Assembly (NCBI GenBank): GCA_022563685.1 | Contig: JADFMY010000008.1 | Span: forward strand, 7,554 to 39,553 | Source of the DNA: Pseudomonadota bacterium | GTDB taxonomy: Bacteria; Pseudomonadota; Gammaproteobacteria; GCA-001735895 | Length of the DNA: 32,000 bases | Direction: 5' to 3' | Made by a program: the position numbers and the translations under genes | Part shown: positions 9,896 through 19,270 of the stretch, one piece after another | Layout: each line of letters opens with the position of its first letter | Numbering within the stretch: position 1 is the first letter of the stretch | Notes under the pieces: generated by a model | Seen by the model: the letters and a program-made list of their open reading frames with translations, nothing else | Databases searched by the model: none | What the model was told of the DNA's origin: nothing

Positions 9896-10744
9896 ATGCA
9901 ATTTACTTATGAACGCGAATTTACCTATACCCGCAGTTACCGCGGCCCCGTCCGTTGTGTCATTCTCGACTGGGCTGGCACTACCATGGACTTCGGTTGT
10001 ATGGCGCCAGCAGTGGTTTTCCGCCAGGTATACGAAAAAGCCGGTGTTCCTATCAGCCTCGAAGAAGCCCGAGTCCCGATGGGAGCTCACAAAAGAGTCC
10101 ATATTGGTTTGATTAGTGAAATTCCCAGTGTACGGCGTCGTTGGGTAGAAAAGCATGGCACCGAACCCACTGACGAAGATGTGGGCCGCATGTTCGACGA
10201 TTTTGTTCCGATGCAAGAGGCCTGCCTGTCTGAATATTCGCAACTGATTCCAGGTACGCTGGAAGTGATTGGCGAATGCCGCAAGCGGGGTTATAAGATC
10301 GGGTCGACCTCCGGTTATCTCCCCGGCATGCTGGCTATCAACCAGGCCGATGCGGCCAAGCAGGGCTATGAACCCGATGCCACCTTCGGTGCCGGCGACG
10401 TCAAACGCGGACGCCCGTTCCCGCATATGGTGCTGCGTAACATGCTCGAACTGGATATTTCACCGGTACAATCGGTGGTAAAGGTTGACGATACCCTGAC
10501 TGGTATTGAAGAAGGATTGAACGCGGGTGCCTGGGGTATTGGCCTCGCCATTTCCGGCAACGAAGTGGGTGTTCAACTGGATGAATGGAATTCTTTTTCA
10601 GAAGAGGTGAAGCAAAAACATCGCGATCGTATCTATCCCTCTATGTATCAGCGTGGCGCGCACTATGTAGTCGATAGCATCGCTGATTTGATGCCCTGTA
10701 TTGATGACATAGAGTTACGTTTGAAACGTGGTGAAACACCTTAG
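9896..10744 (+). CDS. phnX: phosphonoacetaldehyde hydrolase (phosphonatase)
   Basis: HAD motif I ILDWAGTTMDFGC. Collinear by eye with P. aeruginosa PhnX (ILDWAGTVVDFGSFAP..SLEEARGPMG..KVDDT). Confidence 0.9.
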   Translation: MQFTYEREFTYTRSYRGPVRCVILDWAGTTMDFGCMAPAVVFRQVYEKAGVPISLEEARVPMGAHKRVHIGLISEIPSVRRRWVEKHGTEPTDEDVGRMFDDFVPMQEACLSEYSQLIPGTLEVIGECRKRGYKIGSTSGYLPGMLAINQADAAKQGYEPDATFGAGDVKRGRPFPHMVLRNMLELDISPVQSVVKVDDTLTGIEEGLNAGAWGIGLAISGNEVGVQLDEWNSFSEEVKQKHRDRIYPSMYQRGAHYVVDSIADLMPCIDDIELRLKRGETP

Positions 10745-10762
10745 GGGATTCCAGCGCCTGGA

Positions 10763-11644
10763 TTAATTCGTTTTCTGGTTGGAATAAACCATTTTGAGGA
10801 ATGCATCGGTTACCCGTTGGGAACGCCTCTCTTTCAGGCAAATGAAATATTCCTCATGGATTAGTTCTGCATTGCTAACGCGAAGTGACCGGAGCCTGGA
10901 ATCGGCCACTAGCTCGTTTTCGGCAACAATGCCTACCCCGAAGCCGGCAGCTACCGCTTCGCGCACACCCTCGCGTCCGGTGATTTCCATCACATCTTGT
11001 AACTGCCCGCCCGCCTCGGCGACGGCTTCCTCAAATATCGAGCGGGTACGAGATCCTTTTTCGCGCAGAATGATACGCTGTTCCAATAGTTCCTCGATCG
11101 TAATCGAGCGTCGCTCGGCCCAGACATGATCCTGGTTTACGAAAACAACCAGCGTGTCGGGCTCTAGCGGTATGGAAATGAACCGATCATCCGCCTGCGG
11201 TATATTCGGCAGAAAGGCCACGTCGCAAAGACGCGACTCGAGCCAGGACATTAGTTGCTCGGAATTACCGTATCGGATAGAAATTTGTATGCCCGGATAT
11301 AAACGCTGAAACTGGGCCAGAAGTGGGGTAACAATATAGGGAGAATCGGCCGCGACCAGCAGTTTCCCCGTGGTTAGCGCGTGCGCCGACTGGAATAGCT
11401 GCTCGACTTCTTCTTCATGGCGAAATAAATGGTGTGTAATGCCATAGGCAGATCTTCCGATATCGGTCAGTTCGATGTGGCGTCCATGGCGTATAAATAA
11501 TTTTATGCCGTAACGTTCTTCCAGTTCTTTAACCTGTCCAGACAGGGTTGGCTGGGAAATGTGTAGAACTTCGGCGGCGCGGGTAAAGCTCCCATGCGTT
11601 GCGACCGCGTGGAAAGAGCGAAGATGGGCGTGAGCTATTGGCAT
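10763..11644 (-). CDS. LysR-family transcriptional regulator (PhnR-like by context)
   Basis: N-terminal wHTH FHAVATHGSFTRAAEVLHISQPTLSGQVKELE plus a LysR substrate-binding domain. Divergent from phnW across a 63-bp gap. Confidence 0.9.
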   Translation of the reverse strand: MPIAHAHLRSFHAVATHGSFTRAAEVLHISQPTLSGQVKELEERYGIKLFIRHGRHIELTDIGRSAYGITHHLFRHEEEVEQLFQSAHALTTGKLLVAADSPYIVTPLLAQFQRLYPGIQISIRYGNSEQLMSWLESRLCDVAFLPNIPQADDRFISIPLEPDTLVVFVNQDHVWAERRSITIEELLEQRIILREKGSRTRSIFEEAVAEAGGQLQDVMEITGREGVREAVAAGFGVGIVAENELVADSRLRSLRVSNAELIHEEYFICLKERRSQRVTDAFLKMVYSNQKTN

Positions 11645-11707
11645 AACCTATTTCAAGCATTCGAGATATCGATTCGAAGATACTATTTAACAACGGTATA
11701 AATAGCA

Positions 11708-12865
11708 ATGACAAACAATACGAGAGAAAAAGTGACAGCAAGCTCACCGACCGGTGACCCTTATTTACTAACCCCCGGCCCACTGACCACGTCGCCAACC
11801 GTGAAACAGGCGATGCTCCACGATTACGGCTCGCGGGACAGTACCTTTATCGACCTGAACGCGCGGGTGCTGAAACGCCTGCTCAGGATCGCAAATGGTG
11901 AGGGCACTCATGTGTGTGTTCCGTTACAGGGAAGCGGCACCTTTGTGGTCGAGGCGATGATGGGTTGTTTCGTGCCCGCCGATGGTAAGGTGCTCATCCT
12001 GGTCAACGGGGCCTATGGGCATAGAATCGCCAAAATTTGTGACTATTACCATCGCGATTATTTGATCCAGGAATGCGCCGAGGACGTTCCGGTGAACACC
12101 GAAGAACTCGATGCCACGCTCGCCAGTGACCCGGCAATCAGCCACGTGGTAGTCGTATATTGTGAAACCACGTCGGGCATTCTCAATCCCCTGCGCGAGG
12201 TTTCGGATATTGTTGCACGCCACCAGCGCAGTCTGTTAATCGACGCGATGAGTGCGTTTGGCGCCATAGCTCTGGATGCACGCGAAATTACCTTTGACGC
12301 GATGGTTGCTTCAAGCAATAAATGCCTCGAAGGTGCGCCGGGAGTGGGGTTTTGCATCGCGCGTGAATCTGCTTTGCAACAAACCGAGGGCAATTCACCG
12401 TCGCTTAGTCTCGACCTCTACGACCAGTGGCGCGCGATGGAGAAAAACAGACAATGGCGCTTCACTCCGCCCACGCATGTGTTGCTTGCCTTCGCGCAGG
12501 CACTCTCCGAATTTGACGACGAAGGTGGTGTCGAGGGGCGTGGCAATCGGTATCAGAAAAATTGCGACCTGTTGATTTCGGGTATGCGTGAAATGGGGTT
12601 TAAAACCCTGTTACCCGATAACCTGCAGGCGCCGATTATCATTACCTTTCATATGCCTGCCAACCCCGAATTCAAATTCAACGCCTTTTACGATGGCCTG
12701 CGCGAGCAGGGCTACGTGATTTACCCGGGCAAACTGACCGTGGCCGACAGCTTCCGCATGGGTTGTATCGGCAGGCTTGGCCTTGAACAGATGCAGGGCG
12801 CACTCGATGCGGTTGCAAAAATCCTTGCAAAGTTTGGCATTGATAAAATAATTAATGCAGAATAG
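11708..12865 (+). CDS. phnW: 2-aminoethylphosphonate--pyruvate transaminase
   Basis: PYLLTPGPLTTS N-terminal motif, PLP-lysine motif SSNKCLEG, class V aminotransferase length (385 aa). Confidence 0.92.
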   Translation: MTNNTREKVTASSPTGDPYLLTPGPLTTSPTVKQAMLHDYGSRDSTFIDLNARVLKRLLRIANGEGTHVCVPLQGSGTFVVEAMMGCFVPADGKVLILVNGAYGHRIAKICDYYHRDYLIQECAEDVPVNTEELDATLASDPAISHVVVVYCETTSGILNPLREVSDIVARHQRSLLIDAMSAFGAIALDAREITFDAMVASSNKCLEGAPGVGFCIARESALQQTEGNSPSLSLDLYDQWRAMEKNRQWRFTPPTHVLLAFAQALSEFDDEGGVEGRGNRYQKNCDLLISGMREMGFKTLLPDNLQAPIIITFHMPANPEFKFNAFYDGLREQGYVIYPGKLTVADSFRMGCIGRLGLEQMQGALDAVAKILAKFGIDKIINAE

Positions 12866-12946
12866 CGGCTGAATTTTTAACACTGAATCTCAAGATAGGT
12901 TGCGAGACCGGGTAGAACAATCAAAACACGCCGTGAATACATCCCT

Positions 12947-12980
12947 GTAGGCTCGACGACAGCTTCCCTGCTGTCGACGG
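12947..12980 (+). repeat. GTAGG-headed hairpin downstream of phnW (REP-like variant, possible terminator)
   Basis: GTAGG at 12947-12951. The stem CGACAGC (12957-12963) pairs with GCTGTCG (12970-12976) across the loop TTCCCT, with two further flanking pairs, followed by GGTTTGG. Confidence 0.4.
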
Positions 12981-13046
12981 TTTGGATTGCTCCACCCGAT
13001 CCCTCCTGCTTAAACCAATATTTCTATTAGATGAGGGTAGCCCGCT

Positions 13047-15506
13047 ATGTCAGTACAAATTCCTGAGCGCGCGAGCGCTGTAATAATTGGCGGGGGCGTG
13101 ATCGGCTCCAGCGTTGCCTACCACCTGGCTAAACAGGGGTGGACCGATGTTGTATTGCTCGAACGCAAGCAATTCAGTTGCGGGACCACCTGGCACGCTG
13201 CCGGTCTGGTCGGCACTATGCGCGCGAATGATTCGCAGGCCAAACTGTGCGAATACTCGATGGCCGTGCTCACCGAGCTGGAACAGGAGACGGGACAGTC
13301 TACCGGGTTCAGGCAGGTGGGTTCTTTGACAATCGCCCACAGTGTTGCACGTTTTGAAGAACTCAAACGCGTTGCGGCGATGAACAATGCCTTCGGCGTT
13401 ACGCGCGTAGATATGATCACGCCCGAGGAAGTCAAAGCGCTACATCCGTTTGTTGAAACCAGTGATTTGCTCGGCGCCAGCTGGGTTGAACAGGATGGGA
13501 CCGCTAGCCCGGTCGATGTGACCATGGCGTTTGTCAAAGGTGCGCGGCAGCGCGGCGCAAAATGCCTGGAAGGGGTCAAGGTAACCGCTATCACGCAGGC
13601 GAATGGTAAGGTTACCGGTGTGGTGACCGATCAGGGCGCGATACGCGCCGACTTCGTGGTCAACTGTGCAGGCTTGTGGGGACGAGAAATCGGTAAGTTG
13701 GCTGGAGTTCACGTGCCTTTACATGCCTGCGAACACTATTACGCGGTGACCGAAAAACAGGATGACATACCGTCCGACCTGCCGGTGTTGCGCGATCACG
13801 ACCGCTGCGCTTATTACCGCGAAGATGCTGGTAGCCTGCTGGTCGGTGCATTCGAACAGAAGGCTGTTCCCTGGGGGCAGAACGGGGTACCGGAAGATTT
13901 TGCCTTTGAAGAACTTGAGGGTCATGTGGAACAGCAACTGATGCCAGTGCTTGAGCATGCGATGCACCGGATGCCATTTTTGCAGAACGTCGGCTGGCGC
14001 AAGTTTTTTTGTGGTCCGGAAAGCTTTACTCCCGACGATCAGTTTCATATGGGCGAAGCGCCCGAATTGAAAAACTTTTACCTTGCCTGTGGGTTGAACT
14101 CAGTCGGTCTTCAAACCTCGGGTGGACTTGGCCGGGCGCTGGCACAGTGGATGGAGCTCGGGCATGCGCCGATGGATTTATGGGGCAACGATATCCGCCG
14201 TATGTTTCCTTTCCAGTCGACGCAGCATTATATCGAGGATCGGGTTAGCGAAACTTTAGGGTTGTTATACGAAAATCATTATCCATTCCGGCAGATGACG
14301 ACTTCGCGAAATATTCGTCATTCACCTTTGCACGAAAAGCTGTTGGCCCACAACGCCTGCTTTGGTGAAGCCGCCGGTTGGGAGCGACCCAACTGGTTTG
14401 CCCCCGAGGGTGTTGAACCAAAATACGAATACAGTTTCGGTAAACAAAACTGGTTCGAGTACAACGCGGCCGAGCATAAAGCAGTCCGTGAAAAGGTCGT
14501 ACTGTTCGACCAGAGCTCATTTTCCAAGTACCTGGTGCAGGGGCGTGACAGTTGCAAGGTGTTGCAACGAATTTCGAGTGCCAATGTCGATGTCGAAATT
14601 GGCAGGATGGTATATACCCACTGGCTCAACGAGCGTGGTGGGATCGAGGCCGACCTGACCGTGACCCGCATCGCTGAAGATCAGTTTTGGGTGGTCAGCG
14701 GTGCTGCACAAACCATTAAGGATATACACTGGTTAAACCGGCATATAGGTGAAGACGAATTTTGCTGTGTCAGTGATATCACCAATGCCTGGGCGGTGAT
14801 GGGCGTGATGGGGCCCGATAGTCGGGCGTTACTCACCGCAACACTCAATCACGATATGAGTACCGAGCGGTTTCCGTTTGGGTCATTTCAGCGAGTCGAG
14901 TTAGGTGCTGCTTTTGCTTACGCAGCGCGCGTTTCTTACGTTGGTGAATTGGGCTGGGAACTTTATGTGCCAGTCGACCAGGCCCGGCATGGCTTCGATA
15001 TTCTCTGGGATAAAGGTCAGGCTCACGGGCTGAAAATGGCAGGCATGCATACCCTCGACACCTGCCGCATAGAAAAGAAGTTCGTGCATTTCGGCCACGA
15101 TGTCTCCGAAGTGGATACCCCGTTAGAGTGCGGCCTCGGTTTTGTCTGCGACCTCGAAAAGGAAATTCCTTTTATCGGCCGTGACGCAATTCTTGAACAA
15201 AAGGAATCGAAATCATTCATGCAAAAACGCCTGGTACAGTTCCTGCTCGAAGACCCTGAAGCCATGCTCTATAGCCACGAACCAATACTCAGAGACGGAG
15301 AGATTGTCGGGCACCTGACCTCTGGAAATTATGGACATACACTCGGTGGCTCGGTAGGCCTTGGCTACGTTGAAGTCGAGGAACAGGTCACGAAGGAATA
15401 TATCGAAACGGGGAAATTCGAAATCGATGTGGGTGGTGATCGAATTCCGGCGCGGGCGAGTTTGACTGCGATGTACGATCCGCAGGCCAGGCGCATGCGG
15501 GAGTAA
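13047..15506 (+). CDS. FAD-dependent oxidoreductase fused to a GcvT-type folate-binding domain (dimethylglycine/sarcosine dehydrogenase family)
   Basis: 819 aa. N-terminal dinucleotide fold VIIGGGVIGSSVAYHLAKQG and the covalent-flavin His motif GTTWHAAGL. The C-terminal aminomethyltransferase-like domain carries GELGWELYVP. Confidence 0.88.
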   Translation: MSVQIPERASAVIIGGGVIGSSVAYHLAKQGWTDVVLLERKQFSCGTTWHAAGLVGTMRANDSQAKLCEYSMAVLTELEQETGQSTGFRQVGSLTIAHSVARFEELKRVAAMNNAFGVTRVDMITPEEVKALHPFVETSDLLGASWVEQDGTASPVDVTMAFVKGARQRGAKCLEGVKVTAITQANGKVTGVVTDQGAIRADFVVNCAGLWGREIGKLAGVHVPLHACEHYYAVTEKQDDIPSDLPVLRDHDRCAYYREDAGSLLVGAFEQKAVPWGQNGVPEDFAFEELEGHVEQQLMPVLEHAMHRMPFLQNVGWRKFFCGPESFTPDDQFHMGEAPELKNFYLACGLNSVGLQTSGGLGRALAQWMELGHAPMDLWGNDIRRMFPFQSTQHYIEDRVSETLGLLYENHYPFRQMTTSRNIRHSPLHEKLLAHNACFGEAAGWERPNWFAPEGVEPKYEYSFGKQNWFEYNAAEHKAVREKVVLFDQSSFSKYLVQGRDSCKVLQRISSANVDVEIGRMVYTHWLNERGGIEADLTVTRIAEDQFWVVSGAAQTIKDIHWLNRHIGEDEFCCVSDITNAWAVMGVMGPDSRALLTATLNHDMSTERFPFGSFQRVELGAAFAYAARVSYVGELGWELYVPVDQARHGFDILWDKGQAHGLKMAGMHTLDTCRIEKKFVHFGHDVSEVDTPLECGLGFVCDLEKEIPFIGRDAILEQKESKSFMQKRLVQFLLEDPEAMLYSHEPILRDGEIVGHLTSGNYGHTLGGSVGLGYVEVEEQVTKEYIETGKFEIDVGGDRIPARASLTAMYDPQARRMRE

Positions 15507-15664
15507 AAATAGCTTCATCATTGGTAATGTTGCGCATTCTCTCTGACCAGGCCAGGGGTCGCTCCCCAATCTATGCCCGAATATACGTAGGCATCTACTT
15601 TTAATGATTCCGCATTGAGTGTTGAAAACCGGGAGGAGTCCAGATACGGATTGACGGCTTTCTA

Positions 15665-16678
15665 TCAAACGTTAGCTGGCAAGCCGAAAGCGTTCGGGTA
15701 TCCGAAAAGCGCAACGCTTCCGCCGGTATGCAGGAACACTACGTTTTCGCCCTTCTTGAAATGACCCTTGCGGATCAAATCGACCAGACCAGCGAAGCCC
15801 TTGCCGGTGTATACTGGATCGAGCAGGATTCCCTCGTACTGCGCCATCAATTTGACCGCTTCGACCATCGAATCGGTGGGTAGCCCATAACCTTCGCCCA
15901 CGTAATCGCAATTGGCGACGACTTTTTCGCGTTGTACGATGTCTGGGTTTAAACCCATGAATTCTGCAGTACGTTGCGCCAGGTTGTAGACTTTCTCTTC
16001 CTGCTTTGCTTTGGGTAAATTAACACCAACACCATATACGGGGATACCGCTGTTCATGCCTTCCATGCCGAGTACCAGTCCCGCTTGCGTGCCCGCGCTA
16101 CTGGTGGCATGCACCAGATGATCAATACGCAAGGAGCGATCATTCGCCTGCGTCATCAGTTCGATTGCAGCGTTGACATATCCCAGCGCACCGATTTCGT
16201 TCGAGCCACCGCTGGGAATGATATAAGGGGTCTTGCCATCGTCGCGCAATTGTTGCGCCAGTTCTTCCATCGCCGCATCCATATCGGAGCCACCCGGGCG
16301 CCTGGAAATTGTCGAACCGTGTAGTCGGTCGAGCAGCACGTTGCCGCCATAAACATAGGAATCGTCCTGAGAGTCGATTTGCTCTTCGAGTAAGACGTGG
16401 CATTCCATACCCAGTTTCGCGGCAGCTGCCGTAGTCTGGCGCGCATGGTTGGATTGCGTAGCGCCTTGCGTGATAATCGTATCGGCCTTGTTTTGCTGCG
16501 CGTCGGCCATCAGGAATTCGAGTTTTCGGGTCTTGTTACCACCGGTAGAAAGACCGGTACAGTCATCGCGCTTGATCCATAGATTAGGGCCACCAAGCGC
16601 CTCGCTCAGGCGAGGCATCGGTTCGAGCGGCGTGGGCAGGTGTGCAAAATGTAATCGAGGAAATCGCGACAGGTGCAT
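15665..16678 (-). CDS. dcyD: D-cysteine desulfhydrase / ACC deaminase family PLP enzyme
   Basis: Collinear by eye with E. coli DcyD (RFPRL.F...PTPLE..PR....LG....IKRDD..TGGNK.RKLEF). I chose ATG 16678, which follows GGAG at 7 nt; the track start at 16684 is a TTG. Confidence 0.8.
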   Translation of the reverse strand: MHLSRFPRLHFAHLPTPLEPMPRLSEALGGPNLWIKRDDCTGLSTGGNKTRKLEFLMADAQQNKADTIITQGATQSNHARQTTAAAAKLGMECHVLLEEQIDSQDDSYVYGGNVLLDRLHGSTISRRPGGSDMDAAMEELAQQLRDDGKTPYIIPSGGSNEIGALGYVNAAIELMTQANDRSLRIDHLVHATSSAGTQAGLVLGMEGMNSGIPVYGVGVNLPKAKQEEKVYNLAQRTAEFMGLNPDIVQREKVVANCDYVGEGYGLPTDSMVEAVKLMAQYEGILLDPVYTGKGFAGLVDLIRKGHFKKGENVVFLHTGGSVALFGYPNAFGLPANV

Positions 16679-16829
16679 GTTCAAACTCCAGAGTAAAAAT
16701 TATGTAAAAACGCGCTATTAGCTTAACATTAATCGCTAATTCAATAGGGGAGAAGTACCCGCATATTTGTAATAGACGTATACTTTTCCGCTTAAACAGG
16801 TGATATCGAATTACCTTGATGACGAGTCT

Positions 16830-19181
16830 ATGACCCCTGGATTTTTATTAACGCGGCAATGGCAGGATACCCCGCAGGGAATCCGCTTCGATTTCTGGCT
16901 GAGCACACAGCAGGGTCCGCTACAGGTTTCTATTCACCAACAAAAGGCCATTTTCTTTATCCGTCAGGCGGACGCCGAACGAGCGGCATCCCTGCTGGAC
17001 CCTGGCACGGTATCGATCAGGCCGCTGGAATTGCAAACCTTTAAATTCGATGCTGTCAGCGGCGTTTATTTTGACGCCCAGGCGCAATTATACCGCGCGC
17101 GTGATTTACTGGCCCAACACGGTATTCCCTGTTACGAAAACGATATTCGCCCGACCGAACGTTTCTTAACCGAACGTTTTATTACCGCGTCGATCGACGT
17201 CGATGCGAGCTACACCAGCGATGTGCTGCACAATCGGCGCCTGGTGAAAGGCAACTATATTCCCAGTTTTGAAGTCATGTCGATCGACATCGAGTCGGAT
17301 TATCAAACCGGTGCATTATTCTCGATAGCCTTCGTCACCAGTGCGCATCGGAAAACGCTGATTATTGGCGCGGGTGAGGATTCGCAAACCATCGAATATC
17401 TCGCCGACGAAAAGGCTTTGCTGTACCGCTGGGTAGCCTGGGTCGAGAAAATCGATCCGGATATTTTTATCGGCTGGAATGTGGTCAATTTTGATTTTCG
17501 TCTGTTACACAAGAGAGCCCAGGCGCTGGAAATACCTTTAACGATAGGTCGTGGTCGATCTGTTCCTGCCTGGCGCAGGGCACAAACCGATACCGGACAT
17601 TATTTCATGTCGATTCCCGGCCGCGTGGTGCTGGATGGGATCGATACGCTAAAGAGTGCGACCTATAGCTTTGCCAGCTTTTCGCTCGAAGCAGTAAGCC
17701 GGGAAGTACTCGGCCGCGGCAAGCTGATCGAGGGCGAAGCAAGACACGACCCCCTGTTCAAGCCGAAGGAAATTCGACGCCAGTTCCACGAAGACAAGGC
17801 TTCACTGGCGGTCTACAACCTGGAAGACTGCCGGCTGGTATGGGATATTTTTGAAAAGACAGATTTGATCAACTTTTCAATCGAACGCGCCCGGCTAACC
17901 GGACTGGAAATGGACAGGGTAGGCGGGTCGGTCGCGGCGTTTGATAACCTTTATTTGCCGCGCTTGCACCGCAAGGGTTTCATCGCGCCCAATATCGGAG
18001 ACTACAAGGATGAGCTCAGTGCACCGGGTGGGTACGTGATGGATTCGAAACCGGGCCTGCACGACAGCGTACTGCTACTCGATTATAAAAGCCTTTATCC
18101 CAGCATTATTCGAACTTTCAAGGTCGACCCCTACGCACGAATCGCTGCCCAGAATGCGGAGCCGGACGATATCCTGCCCGGTTTCGATGGCGCCAGTTTT
18201 AGCAAAAGTGAACACATCCTGCCCGACATCATAGCGACCCTGTGGCAGGCGCGTGATCAGGCGAAGCGGGAACATAATGCGGCTTTATCGCAGGCGATCA
18301 AGATCATCATGAATTCGTTTTACGGCGTGCTGGGAACACCGGGTTGCCGCATACACGATTCGCGCCTGACCAGTTCGATCACCAAACGCAGTCATGAAAT
18401 TATCCTGCAAACGGTAAAACTGATCGAAGCCGAAGGCTACGAAGTGATATACGGCGATACCGACTCGGTCTTTGTTTCCCTGCAAAAATCCTGTGACAAC
18501 GATACCGCAGCTGAAATTGGCAACGGACTGGTAAAGCTGATCAATCGTTACTGGGACGATCGCCTGCGTCAGGATTATGCTATTGAGTCGTATCTCGAAA
18601 TGGAGTTTGAAACACACTTCAACCGATTTTTCATGCCAACGGTACGTGGCTCGGAGCAGGGTAGCAAAAAGCGCTACGCCGGGCTGATTGACGATGGAAA
18701 GGGCCAGCGAACGATTCTGTACAAGGGGCTCGAAACGGTGCGCACCGATTGGACCGAGCTGGCTCGTACATTCCAGCAGACCCTGTACCGACGAGTGTTC
18801 GACGACGAGGAATATGAGGCATACATCCGCGATACGGTCGAAGCCCTGTGCGCCGGGCACTTCGACGATCAACTGGTTTATCGTAAGCGCCTACGCAAGA
18901 AATTGTCGGATTACGTCAAAAATATCCCGCCGCACGCGCAGGCCGCGATCAAGGCCGAAGCGCTATTTCGGCAAAATGATCAACCCTCGCGTTACCGCAA
19001 CAAGAGCTGGATCGAGTACGTCATCACCGTCAATGGCGCGGAGACGCTCGAGTGCCAGGCGTCAGGACTCGACTATGATCACTATATCGATAAGCAGCTT
19101 ACCCCAATTGCCGATACCATATTGAATGCAATTGGTAATTCGATGGAGGGGGTGACAGGGCAGCAACGAGATCTATTTTAA
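16830..19181 (+). CDS. polB: DNA polymerase II (family B)
   Basis: Exo I motif MSIDIESD, and Pol motifs YKSLYPSIIRTF, KIIMNSFYG and YGDTDSVFV. From ATG 16830 the N-terminus MTPGFLLTRQWQDTPQG parallels E. coli PolB. The GTG at 16800 would add 10 aa with no counterpart. Confidence 0.93.
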   Translation: MTPGFLLTRQWQDTPQGIRFDFWLSTQQGPLQVSIHQQKAIFFIRQADAERAASLLDPGTVSIRPLELQTFKFDAVSGVYFDAQAQLYRARDLLAQHGIPCYENDIRPTERFLTERFITASIDVDASYTSDVLHNRRLVKGNYIPSFEVMSIDIESDYQTGALFSIAFVTSAHRKTLIIGAGEDSQTIEYLADEKALLYRWVAWVEKIDPDIFIGWNVVNFDFRLLHKRAQALEIPLTIGRGRSVPAWRRAQTDTGHYFMSIPGRVVLDGIDTLKSATYSFASFSLEAVSREVLGRGKLIEGEARHDPLFKPKEIRRQFHEDKASLAVYNLEDCRLVWDIFEKTDLINFSIERARLTGLEMDRVGGSVAAFDNLYLPRLHRKGFIAPNIGDYKDELSAPGGYVMDSKPGLHDSVLLLDYKSLYPSIIRTFKVDPYARIAAQNAEPDDILPGFDGASFSKSEHILPDIIATLWQARDQAKREHNAALSQAIKIIMNSFYGVLGTPGCRIHDSRLTSSITKRSHEIILQTVKLIEAEGYEVIYGDTDSVFVSLQKSCDNDTAAEIGNGLVKLINRYWDDRLRQDYAIESYLEMEFETHFNRFFMPTVRGSEQGSKKRYAGLIDDGKGQRTILYKGLETVRTDWTELARTFQQTLYRRVFDDEEYEAYIRDTVEALCAGHFDDQLVYRKRLRKKLSDYVKNIPPHAQAAIKAEALFRQNDQPSRYRNKSWIEYVITVNGAETLECQASGLDYDHYIDKQLTPIADTILNAIGNSMEGVTGQQRDLF

Positions 19182-19221
19182 GACCCTTGCTCCGAGTTTA
19201 GAGTGCGAAGGAAAAAAAGGC

Positions 19222-19250
19222 AAAAAAAGCCAGACAAAAGTCTGGCTTTT
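19222..19250. terminator. bidirectional rho-independent terminator between polB (+) and the P460-family gene (-)
   Basis: The stem AGCCAGAC (19228-19235) pairs with GTCTGGCT (19240-19247) across the loop AAAA. It is flanked by an A-run (19222-19228) and a T-run (19247-19250). Confidence 0.8.
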
Positions 19251-19270
19251 AATAATGGGTACTTATGAAA

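Noticed and set aside
11645-11707. A specific LysR T-N11-A box call in the LysR/phnW intergenic region.
   Set aside because: The segment ATTCGAGATATCGATTCGAA contains a repeated ATTCGA and a central GATATC, but I could not define a clean dyad. I also found no matching motif upstream of phnX. It is mentioned only as context in a finding and is not annotated as a feature.
15213-15668. The 151-aa - strand ORF spanning the end of the DMGDH-like gene and the following gap.
   Set aside because: About two-thirds of it overlaps the well-supported + strand gene. There is no motif, and its start lies inside the stop region of the DcyD-like gene.
16685-16829. An SOS (LexA) box upstream of polB, as in E. 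coli.
   Set aside because: No CTGT-N8-ACAG pattern is present in the 145-bp upstream region. The single ACAG (16795-16798) has TTTT where the CTGT half-site should be. Absence of a box is not informative enough to report as a finding.
16800-16829. The GTG start at 16800 for polB given in the ORF track.
   Set aside because: The ATG at 16830 gives MTPGFLLTRQW.., which aligns with the E. coli PolB N-terminus. The 10 extra residues have no counterpart.
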